This document shows positions 7,941-16,091 of a stretch of 47,700 nt of DNA, in pieces (the stretch's first letter is position 1; the number at the start of each line of letters is the position of its first letter). The translations under genes were made by a program, and so were the position numbers. Under the pieces are notes generated by a model. That model was not told the origin of the DNA and made no database searches. It was given only the letters and a program-made list of their open reading frames with translations. Location of the stretch: contig CAISUD010000041.1 in NCBI GenBank assembly GCA_903888625.1, positions 1-47,700 on the forward strand. Reading direction: 5' to 3'. Origin of the DNA: an uncultured bacterium. GTDB lineage: Bacteria > Patescibacteriota > Minisyncoccia > Phycocordibacterales > UBA9973.

Positions 7941-8276
7941 TTATTGACTTAAAAAAGTAATTGAATAACCAGCCAACGTAATGATACAAATGACTAGCAT
8001 GTATATATTTAATAAAGTGAGAAAAATCATCATAATCTCAGCTAATCTTTTTTCTGTTTTATGACTTTTAATAATAGATATTATTCCAAAAATAATTGCT
8101 GTAATAATAAATCCTAAAATAATAAGCTCAACAATATCAAAACCTATAATTTTAAAGCTGGGTATCCATTTACTATAAAATGATTGATACGCATCTGATC
8201 TAATAAATACACAAATTAGTAATGGTAACCCTGTAAAAAGAACTGCTAGTTTTAAAAATTTATTGATTTTTTTCAT
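7941..8276 (-). CDS. Small multi-pass membrane protein
   Basis: 111 aa with three or four hydrophobic spans. There is a 4-nt gap to the downstream ORF. Confidence 0.6.
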   Translation of the reverse strand: MKKINKFLKLAVLFTGLPLLICVFIRSDAYQSFYSKWIPSFKIIGFDIVELIILGFIITAIIFGIISIIKSHKTEKRLAEIMMIFLTLLNIYMLVICIITLAGYSITFLSQ

Positions 8277-8291
8277 AATTTTTTAGTTAAA

Positions 8292-9290
8292 TTAATAATG
8301 AGGACAACTACCAGTCACCCGACAACCTGAATTTAGTTGCATTTGATAATATTGTTGTTGCTGTTGTTTCAACTGTTGCTCTTCTTTAAGTTGCTCGGCT
8401 TGCCAATATTGCTGTAGCTGTGCACTTTGCTGATCCCGTTTTTGTTGTTCTATTGCTCTAGTGTTGGCGTCAATAGAATTTTGTAATTGCTGAAGTTTAT
8501 AAGTTGTTTGATCTTGCTGAAATAATTGTTGTTGAGTGTTGAGATAATTATTATATACACCTTGTTGCTTCTGCTGGAGTGTTTGTGCTAAAGAATCCAT
8601 TTTTAATCTAAAAGATAAACTGGAATTATAATAATTCAACATAGATCCTGAAGTACATGCCTTTGCTGTATCTGATAAGGAATTTTGTTTTTCCAAAAAA
8701 TTACATAAAAATGTCAGTCTGGTAATTTGTTCCGAAGTTACGGGCGGAATTGCCATACAAGAAGTTTTGTTAGAATTCCACTCATATCCAGTTTTACAAC
8801 TACAATTTAATCCTTCTTTATCGTTTTTAGTGCCACTCCAATTACTATTTATTCCGTAGCTATCTTGGCAGATTTGATCGCTAGTTTTTATTGGTACAAC
8901 CACACAAGAAGTGTGACTGGTATTCCACATAAAGTAAACCTGACAATCACAAATTGGTCCACCCTGGGAGTTTAATTTTTTAGTCCATATACTACCCACA
9001 CCATAGTCATTAGCACAAATTTGATTATTGTTTTTTGCTGAAGTTGTCTTTGTTGTATTGCTATCAGTAATAGAAATACTTTTTTGAGAAATAATAGAAT
9101 TAGTATTTTGATGTAAATATGTATTATTTAAATCTTGCAATTCTTGCGGTGATAAATTTTGAGTATTAATTGGTTGCACTGTTGTTGGTACAGTTTTTGA
9201 AAACCATGTAAGTGGATTCCACCAACTAGCAAAAACAATTGAAGGAATAATAAATACTGCTAGAAACAAAATTAGAAGATATTTTTTCAT
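8292..9290 (-). CDS. Secreted Cys-rich repeat protein with a Gln-rich coiled-coil tail
   Basis: 332 aa. It has a signal-like N-terminus, three repeats of the type C..DYG..S.W....N..G...C.C, and a C-terminal Q-rich low-complexity region. Confidence 0.65.
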   Translation of the reverse strand: MKKYLLILFLAVFIIPSIVFASWWNPLTWFSKTVPTTVQPINTQNLSPQELQDLNNTYLHQNTNSIISQKSISITDSNTTKTTSAKNNNQICANDYGVGSIWTKKLNSQGGPICDCQVYFMWNTSHTSCVVVPIKTSDQICQDSYGINSNWSGTKNDKEGLNCSCKTGYEWNSNKTSCMAIPPVTSEQITRLTFLCNFLEKQNSLSDTAKACTSGSMLNYYNSSLSFRLKMDSLAQTLQQKQQGVYNNYLNTQQQLFQQDQTTYKLQQLQNSIDANTRAIEQQKRDQQSAQLQQYWQAEQLKEEQQLKQQQQQYYQMQLNSGCRVTGSCPHY

Positions 9291-9304
9291 AAATTATTTT
9301 TTGC

Positions 9305-9478
9305 GTTTTATTTATAAACCTAGGGAGTAGAACGCAAAAAGCCTACCACATAGGTTAGTAGCTTTCGCTACTCACATTGGTTTCCCAATATGGCGATCAA
9401 GCGACCCTATATGATAGGTTCTTTATGCTTGATCGACTTATTTCACCGTGCCTTTGTTTCTAAAGGTTTAGGCTACTT
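9305..9478 (-). ncRNA. Candidate structured leader or ncRNA upstream of 8292..9290
   Basis: On the minus strand, closing stem AGCCTA/TAGGCT encloses hairpins GTAGC-GAAA-GCTAC and ATTGG-GAAA-CCAAT (both GNRA loops), the 9-bp stem CGATCAAGC/GCTTGATCG, and CCTAT-CATA-TAGG. A T-run and a second hairpin, TTGCGTT/AACGCAA, follow. The class is unknown. Confidence 0.35.
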
Positions 9479-9560
9479 CTTATTTAATTGTACTTTAATT
9501 ATATATACTTATTTGTTATTATACAACCATAGGTCAGTTTTTAATTAATTAAAAAATTAT

Positions 9561-10025
9561 ATGACAAAAAGTAAAAAAACAATAAAATTATTAGATCCAT
9601 TAATCTTTGATGAAAATGGGATGATGAATCCTGATTACGAACTTTCAACTTGGGGAGTCGGTAGAGGTATACTTCGTAGAAAAAAAGATTTAAATAATAC
9701 CCAAGAGAGTAATAAAATTATTTTAATAATAAACACTGATAAAAAAACAATCGCAAGGAAAACTCAAAATGAAACCTTGGAATATCAATTTCGAAAATCT
9801 GACGGTAAAAATAAACGCTTTGAATATTTGATTATGATAACTCAAAGTAATTCTAAGGTCGGGGCTAATAGATTGGGTAATACGACTCTTCAAAACATAA
9901 GTTCCGAACTTAAAAATATTAATGAAATAATAATAAAAAAATTAAAATTAACAAAAGATTTAATTGTAAATTACAATAACTCTGGATATGAAATAAATAA
10001 AGTTTATCAAATTGATTTAGTCTAA
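9561..10025 (+). CDS. Hypothetical protein
   Basis: 154-aa ORF followed by a terminator. No recognisable motif. Confidence 0.55.
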   Translation: MTKSKKTIKLLDPLIFDENGMMNPDYELSTWGVGRGILRRKKDLNNTQESNKIILIINTDKKTIARKTQNETLEYQFRKSDGKNKRFEYLIMITQSNSKVGANRLGNTTLQNISSELKNINEIIIKKLKLTKDLIVNYNNSGYEINKVYQIDLV

Positions 10026-10053
10026 TTAAGGCTAACTACTTGTTAATTTGAAC

Positions 10054-10085
10054 AAAAATACTCTTTAAAATATGAGTATTTTTTA
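10054..10085 (+). terminator. Rho-independent terminator
   Basis: aaaaatactc / gagtattttt form a 10-bp stem followed by a T-run. Confidence 0.6.
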
Positions 10086-10144
10086 TATTGCCTTTATATA
10101 AACACAACTATCTTAAAGTAATTTTTTATGAAAAACTAGATACT

Positions 10145-10294
10145 ATGGAAAAAGTATCCGTAGCAACAGAAGGAGAGAAAAGCAAAATCATTGACGCTGC
10201 AGCGCAAATTTTTGCCGACCTCTTTATCAGTTATTTGGACCAAGTCGAATTATCCAAGAAAGAGGATATTAATTTTCCTAGTGAAAAATTATAA
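10145..10294 (+). CDS. Small hypothetical protein (49 aa)
   Basis: This is the ATG-initiated version of track ORF 10088..10294 (MEKVSVATEGEK...). It sits directly upstream of the replication gene. Confidence 0.35.
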   Translation: MEKVSVATEGEKSKIIDAAAQIFADLFISYLDQVELSKKEDINFPSEKL

Positions 10295-10313
10295 ATTAAT
10301 CATTGAAATTAAA

Positions 10314-11861
10314 ATGAATATAAAACAAACATTATTAGAAAATGGAATTGAAATAAAAGACATAGGCGATTATTTAGCAACCTACTGTCCATTCTGCAAT
10401 AAAGTGTCCTCCGGTCATTCAATAGCAACATTTAATATTGACCCTATTACAGGAAACGGACACTGCTCTGCCTGTAAAGAAAACTTTGAGTGGCAAGAAA
10501 TTTCGGATAAGCTTGAACTTGAAGCAGTCAAAACTATTGAAAAGAAAGAGAAAACAAAAAAGGTCAAAAAATATGAAGAGGAAGATGAGAATGAAGAATT
10601 TCTAAAATCATTGGAAGAAGCTGATCCAATCATAGATGTGTCAAAATTCAAACCGTTATCTAATAAAGAATTAGTAGAAATTCTAAGTATAACAATCAAA
10701 CATGACAACGAAAACAAACTCGCCACTTTCTTTGGTATGCTTTCCGCCTATGCCGGAGACGCACAATTAAACATAAGTTATAATGCACCATCTTCAACGG
10801 GTAAAAGTTTTATACCATTAGAACTTTCAAAACTTTTTCCAAAAAAAGACTTAATAAAACTAGGGGGGTGTTCGCCCAAATCTTTTTTTCACGAACAGGG
10901 AGAATTCAACAAAGAAAAAAATGAACGAATGGTAGATCTTTCATCCAAAATACTTATATTCCTTGATATGCCACACAACCAACTACTTACAGGATTGAGA
11001 CCTCTTTTTTCCCACGACCAAAAAGAAATTCATTTTAAAATAGCTGACCCTCACGAAAAAGGAGGAATCAAAACAAAAACCGTTATCTTAAGAGGATTCC
11101 CCGCTGTTGTCTTTTGTACTGCGGGGTTAAAAATAAATGACCAAGAAGCTACAAGGTTTCTCCTATTAAGTCCAAGTATGGAACAGGAAAAAATCAAAGA
11201 TGGGGTATCTCTAGCATTAAAAAAAGAAATGAATATTACAGCTTATGAAAATTCATTGAAAGAAAACGAAGGTCGCAACTTACTTATTGAAAGAATACAA
11301 GCAATTAAAAATGAAAACATTAAAGATATCAGGCTTTGCTCGGAGGAATTAATACGAGAACGCTTTTTTAAAGATAAAGAATTTTTACAGCCAAGATATC
11401 AAAGAGACATCAAGCGTATAACTTCAATGATAAAATCAATTGCTATTCTTAATTTATGGTGGAGAGATAAAAATGGATCAACAATCACTGCCAACGAACA
11501 AGACGTAAATGACGCTTTTGATTTATGGGATAAATTATGCACAAGCCAAACACTTAATCTACCACCTTTTGTTCTCCAGCTTTTTGAACTTGTAATTAAA
11601 CCGCTATGGCAAAAAAAAGAAGGGACAGGAGAAGATATTGGTATTAGTAGAAAAGAAATTTCTCAGCAACATAACGAAATTTACCACCGATTGCTTGATA
11701 CTGCTCAGTTTAGTAATTCAATTCTTCCAATGTTGGAAAGTGCAGGATTACTTCTCCAAGAACGTGATCCAAAACAAAAACAAAGAATGCTGTTTTACCC
11801 TGTAGTGGAAAATACTAATGGTAATGCAGAAAAAGTGGTAGACAAATTAGAGGACTTTTAA
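10314..11861 (+). CDS. Replication-type protein: N-terminal CHC2-like zinc finger plus P-loop NTPase
   Basis: Start chosen at MNIKQTL (M42 of the track ORF), because the upstream part overlaps the preceding ORF. The zinc finger is CPFCN...H...CSAC. Walker A-like is APSSTGKSF and Walker B-like is ILIFLDM. Confidence 0.65.
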   Translation: MNIKQTLLENGIEIKDIGDYLATYCPFCNKVSSGHSIATFNIDPITGNGHCSACKENFEWQEISDKLELEAVKTIEKKEKTKKVKKYEEEDENEEFLKSLEEADPIIDVSKFKPLSNKELVEILSITIKHDNENKLATFFGMLSAYAGDAQLNISYNAPSSTGKSFIPLELSKLFPKKDLIKLGGCSPKSFFHEQGEFNKEKNERMVDLSSKILIFLDMPHNQLLTGLRPLFSHDQKEIHFKIADPHEKGGIKTKTVILRGFPAVVFCTAGLKINDQEATRFLLLSPSMEQEKIKDGVSLALKKEMNITAYENSLKENEGRNLLIERIQAIKNENIKDIRLCSEELIRERFFKDKEFLQPRYQRDIKRITSMIKSIAILNLWWRDKNGSTITANEQDVNDAFDLWDKLCTSQTLNLPPFVLQLFELVIKPLWQKKEGTGEDIGISRKEISQQHNEIYHRLLDTAQFSNSILPMLESAGLLLQERDPKQKQRMLFYPVVENTNGNAEKVVDKLEDF

Positions 11862-11988
11862 TTAAAAGCACCACGGGGTAAATTAATTTAAATTATTAAT
11901 TAAAACTAAAATACTAAAGGTGGGCATAACTCCGGTTGTCCTTTCATTCATAAGTTCCTATTATTAATTAATAACTAATTAAAAAAAT

Positions 11989-13557
11989 ATGCAAGAAAAT
12001 CAAAATAAAAAAGCAATAATTTACTGCAGAGTTTCAACTTCTGACCAAGCCGATAATGGACAATCAATTGAAGCTCAAGAAATTATTTGTCGTAGAGAGG
12101 CAGAAAAAGACGGATATGAAGTTGTTGGAGTAATAAAAGACGAAGGCAAAAGCGGTAGTACTTTAAAAAGACAAGGTATTCAGGAATTAATAAGAAAAGT
12201 AATGGCAAAAGAAGTAGACATCGTCGTAGTAATTCATTCTGACAGAATCGCGAGGAATACAATTGATCACATAACATTACGAAATTTATTCAAAGAAAAA
12301 GGAGTAATTCTTAAATGCTTAAATAAACCAATCGTAGGAAATACCGCCACTGATATTGTAATTGATAACATTATGGCTTCAGTAAATGAAATGCAATGCT
12401 TAATTACTGGAGAAAAAGTTATCGCTACTTTAAACGAGAAGGCAAAAGCAGGATATTTCCCTTCCTATCCCCCGCTCGGGTATAAAAATGTAAAAAATCC
12501 AAATCCGATGGATGGTAGATTATCAGAAAAAATTGTGGTGCAAGACGAATTAGTTGCACCTCTACTAAAGAAAGCTTTTGAACTTTATGTAACTGGAAAT
12601 TATAATGTCTTTGATGTTAGCGACATTTTATTTGAAAGTGGATTAAGAACTAGAAAAGGTTGTAAATTATCAGAAAGTAGACTTTATGAACTTTTAAGAA
12701 ATCCTTTTTACAAAGGAGAATTACATTGGGGAAGTATTCACATTACGGACCCAAAACTTGTAAAACATAAACCAATTATTGATGAATATACTTTTAATGC
12801 AGTTCAAAAAATAATGGACGGGAAAAATCATCACTCTTGCCGTAAAAGGAAATACGTATGGCTTTTAAATGGATTTTTGCGTTGTTATAAACATTCTTGT
12901 CGCTATACTGCTGAATGGCATTTAAAAAAGAAGATTGCTTATTACCATTGCACCAACAAAAGTGGTTGTGGAAAATATTCAGAACAAAACAAGTTAGAAG
13001 AAATGATTGCCAATAAATTTAAAACATTGGAATTCAATAAAGAATTTATTGATAAAGTAATTGAAAAAGCTAAAAATATTTTTTATGAAAGAAGAAAAAT
13101 ATACGACAATAAAAAACAAACATTAATTAATCAAAGAACTGCTTTTGAAACAAAAAGAAAAGTTGCCGAAGATGAATTACTTGAAAAAACTATCACTAGA
13201 GAAGCTTTTACTAGAATTAACGATGGACTTATTAAAGAACTCGAAAATATTGATAGTCGTTTAATAGATTTAGAAAAAGACAGGAATGTAAATGTTGATA
13301 TTGCTAAAGAAATAATTAGCCTGACTGACAACATTTATGACACCTACAAAAAAGCTTCACCAAAATTGAAAAAACAATATTTAGGATTTTTTTGGGAAAG
13401 ATTTGAGATTGCTGATGGACTTATAATTAAATCCGTTCCCTCTATCCTATTTGACGAACTTTTGAAGTTAGAACAGGTGTACCAAAAAACCGAAAATGCT
13501 TATATACCTAGTGTTTATAGTGAGGTTATAAATTCTTCTAACTGGCTCCGGGGGTAG
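11989..13557 (+). CDS. Large serine recombinase / integrase
   Basis: 522 aa. It has a resolvase-type catalytic N-terminus (IIYCRVSTSDQ, DRIARN), a recombinase domain, a Cys-rich zinc ribbon (CYKHSC...CTNKSGC) and a C-terminal coiled-coil. The last 15 nt overlap the tRNA-Asn 3' end. Confidence 0.9.
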   Translation: MQENQNKKAIIYCRVSTSDQADNGQSIEAQEIICRREAEKDGYEVVGVIKDEGKSGSTLKRQGIQELIRKVMAKEVDIVVVIHSDRIARNTIDHITLRNLFKEKGVILKCLNKPIVGNTATDIVIDNIMASVNEMQCLITGEKVIATLNEKAKAGYFPSYPPLGYKNVKNPNPMDGRLSEKIVVQDELVAPLLKKAFELYVTGNYNVFDVSDILFESGLRTRKGCKLSESRLYELLRNPFYKGELHWGSIHITDPKLVKHKPIIDEYTFNAVQKIMDGKNHHSCRKRKYVWLLNGFLRCYKHSCRYTAEWHLKKKIAYYHCTNKSGCGKYSEQNKLEEMIANKFKTLEFNKEFIDKVIEKAKNIFYERRKIYDNKKQTLINQRTAFETKRKVAEDELLEKTITREAFTRINDGLIKELENIDSRLIDLEKDRNVNVDIAKEIISLTDNIYDTYKKASPKLKKQYLGFFWERFEIADGLIIKSVPSILFDELLKLEQVYQKTENAYIPSVYSEVINSSNWLRG

Positions 13558-13560
13558 GGA
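13546..13560. repeat. Proximal att-like direct repeat inside tRNA-Asn exon 2
   Basis: Exact copy of 1660-1674. Confidence 0.55.
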
Positions 13561-13583
13561 TCGAACCTACGACCAATCGCTTA

Positions 13584-13915
13584 CATGTAATCTCCTATTA
13601 CTAGGGGCATGGACTATATCATCTCCATATTCATAAATAATTTTTATGAACTTAGGAGCAAGGCGCTTCGCGCTCTGAATTTTTAAATCAGAGAACTACT
13701 CCATAAATGGATAGTCTCTACACCTTCCTTCGACAAGCTCAGGATAAATCCCCAACTAATCAAAGGCTTGGCTCGGGATTGCCCTCTTCAAAGAGGGTTT
13801 CCCCGAATTCACCTTGTTTTCGATCTATTTTTCAATAGAAAGCTGCGTAATACTAAAAGTTAGTATATTTCCTTTTGTCTGGCATAAATTTATTATACCA
13901 TGGGTGGAAATGTCC
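13584..13915 (-). ncRNA. Group I self-splicing intron (IC3-like, tRNA anticodon-loop type), ORF-less
   Basis: The minus strand contains GGTGTAGAGACTATCC (R element, 13709-13724) and GATATAGTCC (S element, 13611-13620). It also contains AATTCGGGGAAACC and CCGAGCCAAGC, which match the Azoarcus/cyanobacterial tRNA intron core as I recall it. The 5' exon ends in U and the intron ends in G. Confidence 0.8.
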
Positions 13916-14198
13916 ACAGGCGACCGCTCTACCGCTGAGCTACCCCGGAATTTGTACTCCAAAGATAGCTCAAACGGAACCGCTGGTCACTAGTATTTTT
14001 CTGCTGAAAAATCTTGCGACCCCGACTCGGCACCTTCGTGCCTCCGTCTTTGAAATGCTTTAATTACGCATTTCAACTACCCCGGAATATATTTAATTAA
14101 GATAAAGAACAATGTGTTGTGCCCAAAGAAGCTCTCCTTCGGTGCTACCGTCTCCACCTAAACCGAAAATTTAAAGCAGTTTAAATTTACGATTTATG

Positions 14199-14271
14199 TG
14201 GACCCAAGCGGACTCGAACCGCTTACCTCCTCATTGCAAATGAGGCGCTCTACCAGATGAGCTATGGGCCC
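14199..14271 (-). tRNA. tRNA-Ala(UGC)
   Basis: GGGCCCATAGCTCATCTGGTAGAGCGCCTCATTTGCAATGAGGAGGTAAGCGGTTCGAGTCCGCTTGGGTCCA. It has the G3:U70 identity pair, anticodon loop TTTGCAA and discriminator A73. CCA is not encoded. Confidence 0.9.
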
Positions 14272-14320
14272 AGTTAATTACTATATTTTATCTTATTTTA
14301 GCAAAAATGCAACTATATTT

Positions 14321-14719
14321 CTATCTATTTAAATAAGTGACCGAGAGTTGCAAAACCGTGGCAATACAAACCCAAACAAGGTAAGGCAAATTCATCAACG
14401 CCACCCATTTCAAATGTGGATAAATCACGATCATTGCCCAAACCAAAGTCCCTAAAACCAGGATCACATCTACTGCTGCTAGGTAATTGTTTTGTAAACC
14501 AAACTGAATCGGAGTAAAAATTAAATTAAAAATTAAGTTAAGCGCAAAAGGCAACAATACAATCAGGGGTAATTCTTTTCTAAAAACTTTATAAAAAACT
14601 GCCCCAAAAGAAATAAAAATGAGAACATAAAGAAATGACCAAATAGGACCGAAAGCCCAAGAAGGCGGAGCCCAAGATGGTTTGATTAAATGCGAATACC
14701 AATTATATGCGTTTTTCAT
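14321..14719 (-). CDS. tspO: TspO/MBR family tryptophan-rich sensory protein
   Basis: 132 aa with the characteristic N-terminus WYSHLIKPSWAPPSWAFGPIWSFLY and five hydrophobic spans. Confidence 0.8.
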   Translation of the reverse strand: MKNAYNWYSHLIKPSWAPPSWAFGPIWSFLYVLIFISFGAVFYKVFRKELPLIVLLPFALNLIFNLIFTPIQFGLQNNYLAAVDVILVLGTLVWAMIVIYPHLKWVALMNLPYLVWVCIATVLQLSVTYLNR

Positions 14720-14760
14720 AAATCAATTATAACAAAAAAATTCTCCCTTTGCGAACTTGT

Positions 14761-15729
14761 TTATTTTAAAAATTGAGTTACTAATCCTACCATTTGATCT
14801 TTCTTTTCTGGATTACTTTCTGCAATTAAAAGAGTAAGTGCAGTAAGTGCATTTGGATTGATATTTTTACCACCTTTAATATTTGTTCTTCGCAAAAACC
14901 AAATAAAAGCAAAAGCACCAGAACGTTTATTGCCATCGACAAAAGGATGATTTTTAACCATAAAATACAAAAGGTGCGCTGCTTTTTCTTCGAGCGTTTT
15001 ATAAACATCTTGTCCGCCAAAAGATTGCATCACATTTCCAATAATTCCTTCTATACTTCCAGCATTCCTTTCTGTGGCAAAAATATCTGAAGCCTCCCCT
15101 TTTTTGAGAAGTTCGGAACGTAAATTTTTTATTGCTTCGTTTAATTCGATTGCGGAAAACTTAACAGATTTTTTAGTAAAACCTATAGAAATTAATTTTT
15201 CTTTATCATAAGCATCGATAGACATCCAAGTACTAGAAAATTCTTTTATCAATTCAAGAATTGTTTTTGGATCAAGCAATACATGTTCTGGTAATAATGA
15301 CTGAACACTAGCCACAGCTTGCATAAAAGATTCATAATTTTTAGCAATTTGTTTTTTGTTTATGGTATAGCCTTTTGTAATATGTTCTTTAAGTGTCTTG
15401 GTTGCCCATTTTCTGAATTCTGTTGCAGTTTTCGAATTAACCCTGTAACCAACAGAAATAATTGCGTCTAAACTATAAAACTGAGTATTGTAAGTTTTTC
15501 CATCGTTCGCAGTATTCCGGAAATTCCGGATAACTGAATTTTTATCTAACTCTTTAGTTTTAAAAATATTAACAAAGTGTTCACTAATAGTTCTAATATT
15601 GACTCCAAAAACTTCAGCAATTTGAGCCTGTGTTGCCCAAATAGTCTCATGCTTAGAATCCCCTCGAAGTTCGATAGCTCCATTTTTTGCCTGATAAATT
15701 ACTAAATTATTTTTTATATTTTTCTTCAT
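14761..15729 (-). CDS. RhuM-like N-terminal domain fused to a Fic/DOC domain
   Basis: 322 aa. The RhuM-type segment is IWATQAQIAEVFGV...FYSLDAIISVGYRVNSKTATEFRKWAT. The C-terminal Fic motif is HPFVDGNKRSG. Confidence 0.8.
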   Translation of the reverse strand: MKKNIKNNLVIYQAKNGAIELRGDSKHETIWATQAQIAEVFGVNIRTISEHFVNIFKTKELDKNSVIRNFRNTANDGKTYNTQFYSLDAIISVGYRVNSKTATEFRKWATKTLKEHITKGYTINKKQIAKNYESFMQAVASVQSLLPEHVLLDPKTILELIKEFSSTWMSIDAYDKEKLISIGFTKKSVKFSAIELNEAIKNLRSELLKKGEASDIFATERNAGSIEGIIGNVMQSFGGQDVYKTLEEKAAHLLYFMVKNHPFVDGNKRSGAFAFIWFLRRTNIKGGKNINPNALTALTLLIAESNPEKKDQMVGLVTQFLK

Positions 15730-15788
15730 TCTTTTATTTTATCATATTTTGTTTTTTAACAAAAAAATTCTCCCTTTGCGAATTGTTT

Positions 15789-16046
15789 TTACTTTGATTT
15801 TTTTGTAAGGGTTATAAGTTTTAACTTCTCAACCCTTTTCAATTTTTTAATTCTGGATTCTTCCTTTGAAGCATTTGATCTGTTTTTAAATTTTTTAGAA
15901 TAAATCAATTCCACCGGCCGTCGAGCCCGTGTATACCTAGCCCCAAGCTTACTGCCATTATGCTCCCCCACCCGTCGTTTCAAATCTGTCGTAATACCAG
16001 TATACAAACTCCAATCCCTGCATTTTAAAATATATAGGTGGTACAT
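15789..16046 (-). CDS. GIY-YIG nuclease superfamily protein (UPF0213/YhbQ-like)
   Basis: Start moved to MYHLYILKC, because the track N-terminal extension overlaps a terminator hairpin. Supporting motifs are YHLYIL...LYTGIT...R..EH and a conserved E in KEESRIKKL. Confidence 0.7.
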   Translation of the reverse strand: MYHLYILKCRDWSLYTGITTDLKRRVGEHNGSKLGARYTRARRPVELIYSKKFKNRSNASKEESRIKKLKRVEKLKLITLTKKSK

Positions 16047-16057
16047 AAAAATGTGTA

Positions 16058-16091
16058 CAAAAAAAAGAAAACCCCTTATGATTAAGGGGTT
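16058..16091 (-). terminator. Rho-independent terminator
   Basis: On the minus strand AACCCCTTA-ATC-TAAGGGGTT is followed by TTCTTTTTTTT. Confidence 0.5.

Larger units (their letters stand above)
1660..13560. mobile_element. Putative integrated element (about 11.9 kb) inserted at the 3' end of tRNA-Asn
   Basis: A 15-nt direct repeat gctccgggggtaggg occurs at 1660-1674 and 13546-13560. The right copy is the T-stem/acceptor 3' strand of the tRNA. A serine recombinase gene abuts the tRNA and overlaps its end. The cargo is an R-M module, a replication protein and an iteron-like region. Confidence 0.55.
13543..13949 (-). tRNA. tRNA-Asn(GUU) interrupted in the anticodon loop by a group I intron (exons 13916..13949 and 13543..13583)
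   Basis: The joined exons read TCCGGGGTAGCTCAGCGGTAGAGCGGTCGCCTGT|TAAGCGATTGGTCGTAGGTTCGATCCCTACCCCCGGAGCCA. They fold as a cloverleaf with a 7-bp acceptor stem, D arm GCTC/GAGC, anticodon stem GTCGC/GCGAT, loop CTGTTAA, T arm GTAGG-TTCGATC-CCTAC, G73 and an encoded CCA. The pattern closely parallels E. coli tRNA-Asn (U1, G73). Confidence 0.8.

Noticed and set aside
10191-10313. Long N-terminal extension of the replication protein as given in the ORF track (start 10191).
   Set aside because: The extension overlaps ORF 10145..10294 in another frame and translates to a low-quality peptide. The ATG at 10314 immediately precedes the conserved zinc-finger module.
13875-14063. Track ORF 13875..14063 (plus strand).
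   Set aside because: It runs antisense through tRNA-Asn exon 1 and the intron 5' end, so it is spurious. ORF 1712..1927 likewise lies within the palindromic element and hairpin-rich spacer and is not called.
14100-14160. A glycine-riboswitch-like string CACCGAAGGAGAGC (minus strand) in the tRNA spacer.
   Set aside because: The rest of the aptamer consensus (for example CTCAGGCAAAAGGAC) is absent, and the context between two tRNAs is wrong.
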